From NCBI GenBank assembly GCA_000708835.1, contig DF237096.1, positions 1 through 64,000 on the forward strand: a DNA stretch of 64,000 nucleotides. Reading direction: 5' to 3'. Origin of the DNA: Klebsormidium nitens. Taxonomy: Eukaryota > Plantae > Klebsormidiophyceae. The notes below the pieces were generated by a model that made no database searches, was not told where the DNA came from, and saw nothing but the letters and a program-made list of their open reading frames with translations. The translations under genes were made by a program, and so were the position numbers. This document shows, one piece after another, positions 29,511-41,500 of the stretch (its first letter is position 1; each line of letters starts with the position of its first letter).

Positions 29511-32500
29511 ATGGACACGGGGCAGACGGCAGCTACTGAATCTGCTTCACTCAATGGCGCTCGGCCGCCAACGAGGAGGATTGCTCCTGTTGCATTGAGA
29601 CCGGACGAGGTAGGGCCTGGGAACCTGGAAGAACAGCAGAGGGGCAATGGCAAGGAACCTGTTGACAGTGGAAGGGCACGTGATCAGGAGGGGGAGAGAG
29701 AAGAAGCTGACAGGCTTTCTTCACGCTCTGACAGAGACGAAAGTTCTGACATGGATGAAGACCAGATGTCAGGTCCCTCCAATGCTGAGCCGCAGGTAAG
29801 TTGATTTGATGCATGGCCTCCATCCTGTGCTGACCAACAGACTCGCGAGAACGGAGGAAAGTGCTGTACTTTGAGTCCATCAAATCCTTGAAAGCAAGCA
29901 GTTTTTGCATCAGGTCTACTTGTAAGTGAGCAATTCCTTCCAAGTCATGACAAGAGGGTTTGACTGACAAGTGTGAACTAGTAAAGGCTCTAACTTTGTC
30001 TCTTCACTTCTAATTTCTGTGGTGGTATTCATCAACCAGGCAATTTGCTCCAATGCAGGGGCCCCTGTCAGAGGAGCAGCTGCAGGACCTCGTTGATCAG
30101 TTGATTGCGGTGGAGCTTCAGGTGAATATTCCTTCTGCTCCAAATCAGGGCGTCATCTCACCCTGGGGGCCTACACATTCTTCCTGTTTGCATCAGAACT
30201 TGATGTACCTGTCCGCCAGAGTTCAGAGCAGAATCAGCGGGGCTTTGAAGCATCCTAGCTGGATTACTATTGCCTTTGTGTGCGTTCAGGCTGGCCAAGT
30301 TGACCGTGATTGCAAATTCTCGTCTTGTCCTCTGCAGAATTATGAGATGCAGGAGGAGCTGGAAGAGGAGTCGCTCAAGCAATTACGAGACAATGTGGCT
30401 GCTGAATTGGCAGAGCAGCACCAGGGTGATGCTGTAAGTATCCATGCCAAGATCAGATATTGCATCTGACAGGACTTGAAGTTTGAATCGGAAAACAGTC
30501 GAATGTCAAGGGAATTCTTTTGCACTGATTGCTCAATGCTGCATGCTGGTGCATTTAAGGAAAAAGTTGCTACGTCGTGTATAAGCTTTTACTATCACTG
30601 CTTGATAGTAGGGGCAAGTATACTTGGTTCCTTCTTTCTATGCACCGAGCAACAAAATGAAACCATCACCTGTGCACATCACACGTGCATCATTCGGTGG
30701 AGGGTATAGCGATGCTTCAACTCACAAGCTGCTTCCTTGACTGCAGTTGGAGGAAGCTATTGAGAGCGAACTTGCACTCTTCAGAGAGTACAAGGAAGAG
30801 GACCTAAACGAGGGGCAGGCCAAGGCCGCTGAGTTGCAGGTGAAAGTCAATATTCTTTGCCTTTTGAGTTTCTGGCTGTCGCAAGATCGCCTCTATCGAG
30901 CACGGTATGCACCAGACTGCAAGTTCCTCAAAGCGAGGCTTTTTATGTGTCAAACCAAGGGTCACCCCGCTGTGAGGAACGGCACGAGTAACATTCATTG
31001 ATCGACATGGAAGCCCAGCTTTGCTTGGGATACGCTCTGTAGCGCTGGGGACACAAGCTGTCCCAAAGAGTCTGGATGCACAAGGCTCTGCATAAGGAGG
31101 TAATCAGTGCATCACAACATCCCGAGCCTTGTCCTTGTCAACAATGCTGATGGTCCCACCTGCTTGTATCAGGAGCTCCTAGAAGACGCTGGCGTGTTCT
31201 TGCGGGGTGTCTACATGGAGATCGACCGGATGTGGAGTGAACAGGCGAAAACAGAAACCTGGAAGAATGCTCAGTGGACCAAGGACAAGGTGCCGGAGAG
31301 AGTGAAAGCTGTTCTGAAGGAAGCGGGCCAGGAGCTCGAAGCACAGCGTCCCGTAGGGTGAGAAACATGCATGACTATCCGTTTGGTTGTTTTTCAAGTC
31401 AAGAATTCATCTGTTAGGTGATTCCCCTGTGCATGTTGATTGTGACATGCCGGCTGCTCCGCTGACTGAACAGTTTGGGTTTCCAGTACTTTCATCGAGT
31501 TCTGGTGAGGTTCGAGTTTTCCTCTGTCTTATGCTTCAGTTTCCGCAGCTGCTAGAAGGTCAATTGAGTTGACTTTCTGCAGGACGGACAAGGAAGGCCG
31601 AAGGCTTGGACTTGGTGCGAGTGGTTTTATGGCACGAAAGGTTCAGGAGATCCGAAAGAAGAGCAGGCAGATCGAGAAAAGAAGAGCCAAAGCGGCAGCA
31701 AAAATAGCAAAGCAGGTCAGTGCGCTTGGCCAGAGGAGAGCTTGTTGCGCCCTCCAAACCTTTTTGGATTGGGGGGTCGCTTGTTAACCCATGACGTTTG
31801 ACAGGTGCTGCTTGCTATGAGTGTGGTTGTAAAGGTAATGAGCTTACTCAACAGAGTCCAGTCGTGATCCAGATAGTTCAAATGTGGGAAAACTTGGCTC
31901 CAGAAAGCTGAACCAGCCAGACTGCAGAGTATCCCTCTGCAGCCGAATGGGTGCAAAGTGGGAACGTTCTTGATTGTAAATTTTGATATGGCATTCGATT
32001 GACATGCAGTTGAAAGGCTTTGTGTCAGGGCCTCGTTCAAAAATTTAAGCTCTTCGAAAGCATGTGAAGTAGAGGGGCTTTCTTATCAAGTATGGTCATA
32101 CGTCCTCACAGACGCTGACAAGTTTCCCCAATGCGGTTGCGAAGAGCAATCGTCTCGATCGTTCGACAAGCCTGCCTAAGCGGAAAGCTCTCGCCTTTCC
32201 TTACCGGTTACTCTCTCTGCAGCCTCTCAACGGAGCTTCGGAAGCAACAGCGGGACCACAAGAGGAGGACGAAAGCAGTAGCGAGGATGACGAGGCCGTT
32301 TCAGAGCCAGAGGAGTCAATCAGCGGGGAGGCAATCTGGGCCGCTGTGTGTTCGTCCGATGATGAGGGAGATACCTTCGCCAAGATTGCGACAAACCCGA
32401 CTGCAAAAACCATGTTCCGGCAGTTTGCATCCCGTTATAAGGCAGAGACACCAGAAGATGCTGTCCGGCTGTGCGAGACAATCGAAGGCGCCACTGAGGT

Positions 32501-35500
32501 AAGTCACAAAACCGAGAGTTTTACTTGAAATCGTCGTGCAGTCTTCTTGTGTGGCTTTCCTTCTCTAAGCAGAGTACGATTTGCCAGATTTAGGTGTTCT
32601 CTTTGCCAGCACTGTAGGTCAAGAAGGTTGCGAGCATCAAAACACCAAAGTCAAAAATCGCGGATGCCAGGACAGCGGCAGCTCTTGCCTATGTGGAAAG
32701 AGAACTCACAAGGAATGGAGCTTTCATACTCTGCGCTCGTGTTTTAGGTTGAAGAGATTGGAGAGTCCGGCGTGGCAGAGAGCAAGGTGGTGGAGGGGTT
32801 GTTGAAGAAGGCATACAAGGAAGAAAGCAAGAAGGGCCTGACAGAGACCCAGCGGAAGACTATGAAGAAGGTGAGGGGCCTCCCATCGACTCGCAGACCG
32901 CAATGCTCTCCAGCACCTGCCCTTTACAAGAAGCTCCGCGTTGATTGCACCAATGCTTCAGATTATCTCCGGTTGGCTGTTTTCAGTTCTTGCGGGTGTC
33001 AGAGATCAGCAGGTATGAGTACATGGAGTCTTGTCCGGACGAAAGGAGTTTGGGTTTCGAAAAGGAGGGGGCCTTTGAAAATGGGCTAGAAGTTCCCCGT
33101 CAGCCTCTGACAAATATTATCCCTAACGGACAAGCAGATACAAAATCTGCATCGAGGAAGACCGGGAGATTCTTTCGTGTTAGGTCAAAAGGTGTTTCCA
33201 TTGTGTGCTAAATGTCAACGTTTGGCACGCAATGCGTAAAATAAGGGGATGAGAGTCTGCTGAACATGTTGACGATGACGGAACTCCCAAGACGAGTTCC
33301 TGTCATGCTTTTCAGTGCGCCTCGGGCCTTTTCAACCCCGGTCTCAGTCAATCGTCCCTCTGACCCGCCGTCCATTCGCTGCAGAGGGGAGACGACGAGG
33401 ACCGAGTGAAGACCGTCAGGCAGCGCAAGAAGCACCAGTTCAAGGAACCAAAGCCGCGCAAGCCCCGGGCTCCCAGAGCACCAACACCCAAGTCGGCTGC
33501 TTCAAAGAAGTCCACCGAGCCCCTCGGACCGGATGCACGAGAGGCGAGCACTCCCTTGGTGGCCCAAAGTGGTACCGAAGCCGCCCCTGAAGCTAGAAGC
33601 ACTGCCGCGGCGAAGCCGTTGAAAGCCGGGACAACGTCTCCAGAACGGAGCTTCGAAACCGCGCAAGAGGACGGGACTGAGAGCATCTCTGCGGTCAGAG
33701 CGGGCGCTGAGAAGCCCGAGAAGGCTCGGCCGTTGTCTCCGGGACGTGATCAACCGGTCGAGCAAGCGGACTTTCCAGCGTGCGAGGCAGACGACAGCCC
33801 GGTGGGGAGAGGCGAGGGGTGGGCAGAGGCAGACGGGAAGACCGAGTCGGTCGGTGGAGGAGCGGTAGCTGACCAGCCGTCTGAGGGCGCTCGGGGAACG
33901 CAGCGGACAGGAGCCATGAGCGAAGCGGAGATTCCGTCCCCCTCGGACGACGCCCGGCAAGAGAACCGGGGCGGAAGCGGAGCCTCGCCGGAAACGGAAC
34001 AGGCGGGCGTGAAACGGGCGAGCCTGGGGGAGTCGCCGGCGGTGAAGCGCCCTCGCTTTGCGCTGCCCACCGGAGTCCAGGTGGTGGACTTAGCGAGCGA
34101 AAGCGAGGAGGAAGCAGCCACTCCCGCCCCGCCGGTGGTGGTTGAACTGGAGGATACTGAGCCGATGGAAGGGAGCGTGAAAGAAGAGAAGAGTAGCGCG
34201 AAGAAGGCGTCAGGAAGTGAGGAGTTTGGAGAAGGGAGCGAGCCGCCGATCGCCAGGAGGACGAGGGGGCAGTTGCGGGCTGCGTTGGGGGAGCCGGAAC
34301 CGGTTGGGAAGCTTGCAGAGGACGCAGATATGGAAGCGGAAGAGGAAGATACGAAGGTAGACGACCGCACCGTTGAGGAAGTGGCGCGAGATGCGGCCCG
34401 AAAGAGGGAACAAGCCGCGGGGAAGAGGAAAGCGGAGGAGGGGCCGACCAGCAGCAAAGAAGGGGAGACATTGGACCGGTCTGCGGAAGCCGTGGGGGAG
34501 AGTCCGGTAAGCGGCGCGCAGGGGCCGAAGTTTGGGGCAACCGCTGCGAGCTGCGCGGCGAGCGCGACTGTCGCCGCTCGGGGGAAGGAGGATGCTGAGG
34601 TCAGTAGTCCGGTGCGGACGCCGCGGCGGTGTCCGGACAGTCCGGCGTCGAAGAAGAAGCTGAAGCGGCTGAGCGAGCTGGAGACGCCCAGCGTGTGGAA
34701 GGGCAGAACGCCGGACAGCGAAGAGGGCACGGAAGAACGTCTAGCGGAAAGCACGCCGGCTAATCTGGAGGGTACAGCAGCAAAGTCGGAACAGCCGGAA
34801 AGCGCTCGCAAACTCCAGTCGCCACCGCTTGGAGGAAGGAAGCGCGGGCGACGGCGGCTAGTGCTGCAAGATGACGAAGAGGAGGTACATACCGGTCCAA
34901 GTGGTCGCCGTGAGAATGAAGAGCAAGAGCGGGCTGGCTCGGACAATGTGGAGAAGAGTTCTGACATGGAGGCGGATGGACGCGCAAGCGAAAAGCCAGA
35001 GGCTACCGAGCCGGTGCTCGGGGAAGAGGCCCGGGGAACCGCCGGAACGGAAGGGCCGAGCACGCCGGAAACGGAAGGCGGTGCACAAGAGGTGACCCCG
35101 AAGAAGGCGGAAGGGCACGTGACGCCGAAGAAGGACGGCACGGTGGAGGATGACTACAGCGACGAGGAGATGGAAGATGCGGCGGATTCCGATGATGCTT
35201 GGGACCGGAAAAAGGACCGCGAGATGGCGAAACGGGAGGCTGCTCAAAATGGGTCCAAGAAGAAGAAGCCGAAGAAGCGAAAAAGTGCGGACGTCAGCAA
35301 GGGCAGGCTTGGCAAGAAGGGAGACCAGGACTCGGACGGATTCTACTCTGCCGAGGCCAGCCCGTCGAAACGACGAAAGTCGGATCCGAGCAGCAAAGAC
35401 GAGGAGGAGGAACAGGACGGAGCGGAAGCGGACGGAACGGAAGTGAGCGGAAAGTCGAGTAGGGGAAAGAAGGGCAAGGAGAAGGGGACGAAAAAGAAGG

Positions 35501-38500
35501 GGAAGAAGGTCCGGTTGGGCTGTAAATGCACCACGTGTCCGAAGGCGCTCAAGCAGAGCAAAGTGCGACAGCACCCGGTGCTGCTGGTGACGCAGTGCCG
35601 CCGGTGCCTGGAGCACTACAAAGCGGCCACCTTCCCGGTGGTAAGTGCGTGTGAAATTTGGTCGGCGGCTGCATGTCTGATGTACGATTTGAGCGCGGCT
35701 TGTCGTTCAGCCTTCTTCTTTGTTCCTGCGCATTTCTACTTGATGACGTGGGACTACGCCCTTTTGGCTTCTCGTGAGCTGAAGGTGAACCTGCAGCGTC
35801 AGCTTAATGAAGTAGAGCTATCTCACCATCGGCAGAGTACAAGATGGTCCTGAACACTGACCGGGCTCCTCGTTATCTTTGAAATCACCAATCACTGTTG
35901 CTGATTTTGGTTCAAGCGGTTTGAGCCCGTGCTGCTGAAGACCGTCTTTTTGTCAACTCCATCTTCTTCCCAGTATGTACGCTTGTGCCAAATCGTCTTA
36001 TTGCTAAACCTATCCTCAACCTGGGTTCCGCAGGGCGACGACGGCTGGGAGGAGGAGTGCCAGTGGTGCGGCGACGGCGGCACGCTAACCCTGTGCACCT
36101 CGTGCAAGAAGACCGTCTGCCGAGACTGCGTCGTGCGCAACTTGGGGGACGCGGCTTGGGAGACAATTGGCGACAACTGGGTGTGCTACTCGTGCGACAA
36201 CGAGCCAATCCGGAAGCTGCAGGAGGCGCATTGCAGGGCGGCGGAAACGGAAGGAGGGGAGGAGGGCGGAACGGGGACCTCTGCGGCGCAGCTCGAGAAG
36301 AAGTAAGAGGCTGCTCCAAAAGTTTCCTGACGGTCGGTTGGTTTGGCGTTATTTCGTCGAGAGAAGACAGGCAGGGTCTGGTGAAGTGCTTCTGCTTACG
36401 AACACCAAGAAGGTAGCTGCAGCGTCGTGATAACCGTCAGCTTTCAGATGGTCTAGTCCCGTCGTGCCTGTACCACCATTTCAAAAGCAGATGGAGGTGT
36501 TCGCGTCTACCTTTCCTAACAAGGCACCGGGGCCTCACTGCGAATCTTTCCGACATTCGCGCTCCACATGTTCTTCATTGTCGTTCTTTCCATATTTTGA
36601 AAAGGTTTGAAGTTCGGTTTTATGAGCAGCAACTTCCATGATCCTTCAGAACGGTTGCGGCAAGCAACCGCGTCTATTATCCTTTCAGAGGCGTCTGGCT
36701 CTTTACCTCTGGTCAAGCTGTGGACCGAGTCATTGCCCCCAGTTCGGACCTCAACATCTCTCTCGCTTCTTGGCAAGAATCAAGTACAGCCTCTTGAGTC
36801 CTCCAAGATTCGGAGATTTTAGTGGTAAGTTGCACGCACCCCTCTCTGCAGGAAGCGCAAGGGGCGGCGCAACATCAAGGCCATCAACGACCAGCTAGAC
36901 CCCGAGACGCAGGCGAAGCTCAACATGGAGCGCGAGCGGCTCGCGCGCATCGAGCAGCGGCGCGCCAACACCGCGCTCTCGCCCCTCAAGGGGCCACGTG
37001 GCACGCCCCGCAAGTCCGTCGGCGCAGCAGTGGACGAGGACTCACCGGAAATGGTCGACGAAGAGGTGGGCTTCGACAAGGAGTTGGGAGATGGCAACTC
37101 CGGGCGGACCGTGATCATTAACACGTCGAGGCCGGAAGACGAGGACCCGATCTTCATCGACCCGGCGATAGCAGAAAAGTTGAAGCCGCACCAAGTAAGC
37201 CTTTGCTTCAAGACAGGCGTAGCTGTTTTCTCTTTCTGCTTCCACTGGAAAAAGGTGACCGGACTGATGACCGGACTGATATGGCGGCTTTTCAATCAGT
37301 GGGCCGATATGGTGGCGATACAAACTTGCAAACCACGAAAATCCGTTCGCTAATGCCGCCAATGTTTTCGTTGGCTCTCTACCGCACCTTCCACTCTGCA
37401 CGTCGCATACCTACGCGCCCGTACAAAGAGTTCTACTCTGCGATGTAGAAGCTCTGGGAAGGATTATCCAATTAAGCTGCGAAAGCCGTTAAGACCGAAC
37501 GCTTTACTCGTCTTTTCAGGTGGAAGGAGTGCGCTTCATGTGGGAGAACATCGTCGAGACGGTGAAAATATGCGCCGACACTCCCAAGGAGGGCCTGGGC
37601 TGCATCCTCGCTCACAGCATGGGGCTCGGGAAGACGCTCCAGGTGCGCCTTGAAATTCTGCAGCTCCTTCCGAGCACTCGTTTTGTCGGAATCAACATCC
37701 TGAATCTGTAACGGTGCAGCTGGAGTGTGGTAAAAAGGAAGATTTAGTTCCAGGCGTGGAGCAAGTCCAAGAAGGATTGAGTTCCGCTGTCCTCCTCCCT
37801 TGGGCCTTCAACATCTGTCCTTTCAGGACCTTTGCCGAGCTCCGAGCCTCTCCAATCTGACGTGACCGTAACGTGTCCGGGAAATGGTCCAAGAAGGTGT
37901 TCGGAACCCTTGTCCATGCGTTCGAGAAATTGTCAATCTCTGCACTTCCGTGCTCGTCCTTCGGCTTCTGCCTCGGCAGAATCCCGGCAAGTTCCCAAGA
38001 CTTTAAGTCTTAGGTGTCCGTAACACGTCCGAAAATGTCTCCGAACTCTTTCCTGTCCGTGCGTCCAGGTGGTGACGCTGGTCCACACGCTGCTGACCAA
38101 CCGCGAGCTCAACGTCCGGACGGTGCTCATCGTGGTGCCCGTCAACGTGCTGCGCAACTGGTCGTCCGAATTCAACAAATGGCAGGGCGGCCAGGAGCAC
38201 ACCGTCCGCAAGAAGGTCAAGGTCTACACCGTTGAGGACGCCGGCTCGTGAGTAGTTTCCTTCCTTCGTGATTTCTTCCACTTAGCTCTCGTTTGTCAAT
38301 GCAAGCGTTCGTACGTCTTTTGAGGCGGCAGTTACAAAACTTGTGCTTCTACGGTTAGGCAAATCTATCACAGGTGGTGATCGGACATTCTCACCGATGT
38401 ACTTCTTGGCAAAGCTGCCCGCAATTTGCTGCAAGATTGATCAACCAGACGTCGGTGGTTTGACCGACTGGGCAGTCTTCAAAGCTGATGAAGGGCCTAC

Positions 38501-41500
38501 CATGTTTGAAGATCTGAAGCTTCAGCTGCTTCGAAGTTGTCGCCTCTCGAAAGTACATATGCTTCGAACTTCCTTTCTCTCTGCATTGCATCTGTGCAGC
38601 AAGGCCATGCAGCATGCTCGAGAGTTGAGACATCCCCTTACTTTCAATCCTCAAACCCTGGCTGTTCCGAACTTTTGTTTCCAAACTGACCATTTTCCGA
38701 CTCTTTTCCCGCAGCAAGAACGAGCAGCGCGCGGAGATGCTCGCGCGCTGGCAGCGCACCGGGGGCGCGATGATCATCGGCTACACCGCGTTCCGCAACG
38801 CCGTCTCGGGGCGCACCATCAAAGACCCCGCGCTGCGCGAGTCGTTCAAGCAGTCGCTGCGCGACCCGGGGCCGGACGTTCTCATCTGCGACGAAGCCCA
38901 CATGATCAAAAACATAAAAGCGGACATCACGAAGGAGCTGAAGGCGGTGAAGACGCGGCGGCGCGTCGCGCTGACGGGGTCGCCGCTGCAAAACAACCTG
39001 CTGGAGTATTACTGTATGGTGGACTTCGTGCGCGAGCGGCTGCTGGGCACGGTCGCGCAATTCAAGAACAAGTGAGCGGCGGAGTCCTGGCACGAATTCG
39101 ATGGCGACCGTTCTAGAATTTCATGGAAGGAAAGCAGACGTTTTGTATTCTACAAGGTCCTTTGTTCGTCCTTAAGGGCTTGTCGCAGCGATGACTTGTC
39201 AAGCTTTATAATCTCTCCGATCAGCGAACCTCAAAACCCGAAACCCTTTGCCTCTTACATGCCAAGCTTCGGGAGGACACTTACATCAGGCCTCACCATT
39301 GTTGACACTTCAAAGCCTTTCTTTGGTTCAAACCCTTTACCTCGCACCTCAGAACGTTTCTCTTCAACCCTCACCCTCAATCCTTTCCTACGTCTCTCTG
39401 TTTCAGAAACCCATGAGCAAGCGCCGGCACATTGACTCATCAACTTCCGAACCTCAAAACATCAAACCCTCCTTTCCGTCCCCAGGTTCCAGAACCCGAT
39501 CAGCAACGGGCAGCACATCGACTCCACCAAGACCGACATCCGCAAGATGAAGCGCCAGTCGCACGTGCTGCACAAGCTGCTGCTCGGCTTCGTGCAGCGC
39601 AAGGACCAGCGCCTCCTGGGCGACATGCTCCCGCCCAAGTCGGTCTACGTGCTCTCCGTGCGCCTCTCGCCGCTACAGCGGCGGTTGTACCAGCGGCTCC
39701 TGGCGGCGATCCCGCACAAGCAGGGCAAGAGCGGGAAGAACTACCTGTTCCAAGCGTACCAGGCGCTAACCAAGGTGAGCCTCTCTTCCAATGGCTCCAT
39801 GTTTTCTGTCTTCGATTGTTCCTGCATGCGTTGGGTTTCAAGGCATGTTAGGCGCCAATCATGGTGGGGACTCTCGGTTCTGATTGAGTCTTTTCTAGTC
39901 TTACTTCAAGACATCTTGGGCAAGCGGAGAGCTGCGAAGTGTCCTGTCAAGTCCAATCTTCTCTCTTTTTCCACAGCGTATCAGGCAAGAATAGGAGGTG
40001 CGCCGCTCGGACTCTTCTTCGTCGTGCGTAGTGGAATTGCCCCCGAGTACAGCTGTTTCTTCCGTCAATTAACCACTCTTTCTCAACTCTGAGCGGGCGT
40101 AGTTTCAACTGCGTAACCTCTTGTATAACCTTGCAACCTCTTGAGTGCTACTGGGAAGAGATCAACAAGCAGACTCCCCTCCAAGGTGCGGCTGCCCTCC
40201 AGAACCCTGTCGAATCTTCTTCTAAGGCGCAGTTTGCAGCGATTCCCAAACGATATCTTCTGTAATTGCTAGGCCTGCTTTCTGGATTAAAACTCAGTAC
40301 CCTCCTCCCCTCAGGTGTGGAACCATCCGAACCTCCTCCACATGGCCAAGGAGAAAGAAGACGCTAAGGCTGAGGACACGCTCGAAGATGCGATCGCGGG
40401 GGACGACGAGTCCGGCGAGCCGCCCGCGGAGGACCCCTCTGCGTCCGTACGTCCGAAAACGCCTTCCGCAATGCCGTCCGTTTCCGGCGCCACCGCAACT
40501 GCGCAGCCGGGTAGGGGCGAAGATGACGCAGTGGAGGAAGGGGCCGTGAACAGTCCGGCGAAGGGAGACCGGAACGGAGCCCCCGGAGAGCAGAACGGCC
40601 CCCGAGGCGTCTCACCTTCGGCGGCGACCGAAGCGTCCGGCGAGCGGAACGGGAGCGGAACCGGAACGGGAGCGGAACTCGAACGGAACGGGTCCGAGAG
40701 CGGAAAGCCGCCTGCGCGGCGCGGCCGCGGGCGCCCCCCCGGGGCGAAGACCAAGACTCCCCGGCAGCCGGGGCTGGACATCCCCAATTCGTGGTGGCAA
40801 GAGGAAATGCCGGATCCCGTGGATCTGATCGACGGCAGCGGAAAAGTTGCAATCGTGCTGGACTTGCTAAGGACAGCAACTGCACGCGGGGACAAGATGC
40901 TGGTGTTTTCCCAGAGCCTGTTCACACTGGACGTGATGGAAGCGGCGCTGGCCACGCTGCCCCGGGTGGAAAGCGGCACCGGGGAGACGTGGTGCAAGAA
41001 CCGGGAGTACTACCGGCTGGACGGCTCGACGCCGTCGACGGCGCGGCAGAAGCTCGTGGAACGGTGGGCAGGGCTGCTGCTGACTTCACAACATAGAATC
41101 TATGTTGACATCACAGAAGCAGGTTGTGGCAATGTAGTTTTAGCGTAGAGGATTCTGTGCGTCGATAAGCGCAACCGAAGTACTCAGAAGAAACCCTGTA
41201 ATAGCGTTCGTTCTTTGCACAAAGGAATGCACATGTTGACTCTCAAGCTTCATAGTTTGCGTCTGGATCAGCCGTGATAGCCAGACGCGACTGGTGCGGT
41301 AACGAAAACGCTGTCTGTCGCCATCGTTTTCAAGTCGGAGCATCAGCGAACCCTCAAAGAGTCACATTCGATCTAGCTGGCGTCATGCTGACTTCACACA
41401 TGCCCCTTTGCAGGTTCAATGACCCATCCAACACTGACGTCAAGTGCGTGCTCATCTCCACCAAGGCCGGCTCCCTCGGAATCAACCTTCCTGCCGCTAA

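Noticed and set aside
33502-35616. Long antisense and alternate-frame ORFs (up to 463 aa) over the large ATRX exon; similar ones over TIPIN 23505-24284 and ATRX 40311-40997
   Set aside because: These are shadow ORFs expected from GC-rich, low-complexity coding sequence, with no recognisable domains.
39220-39480. AAACCCT-rich intron tract as an interstitial telomere
   Set aside because: The motifs are scattered and degenerate rather than a tandem telomeric array. It is better explained as a pyrimidine-rich intron with a partial exon echo at 39400-39445.
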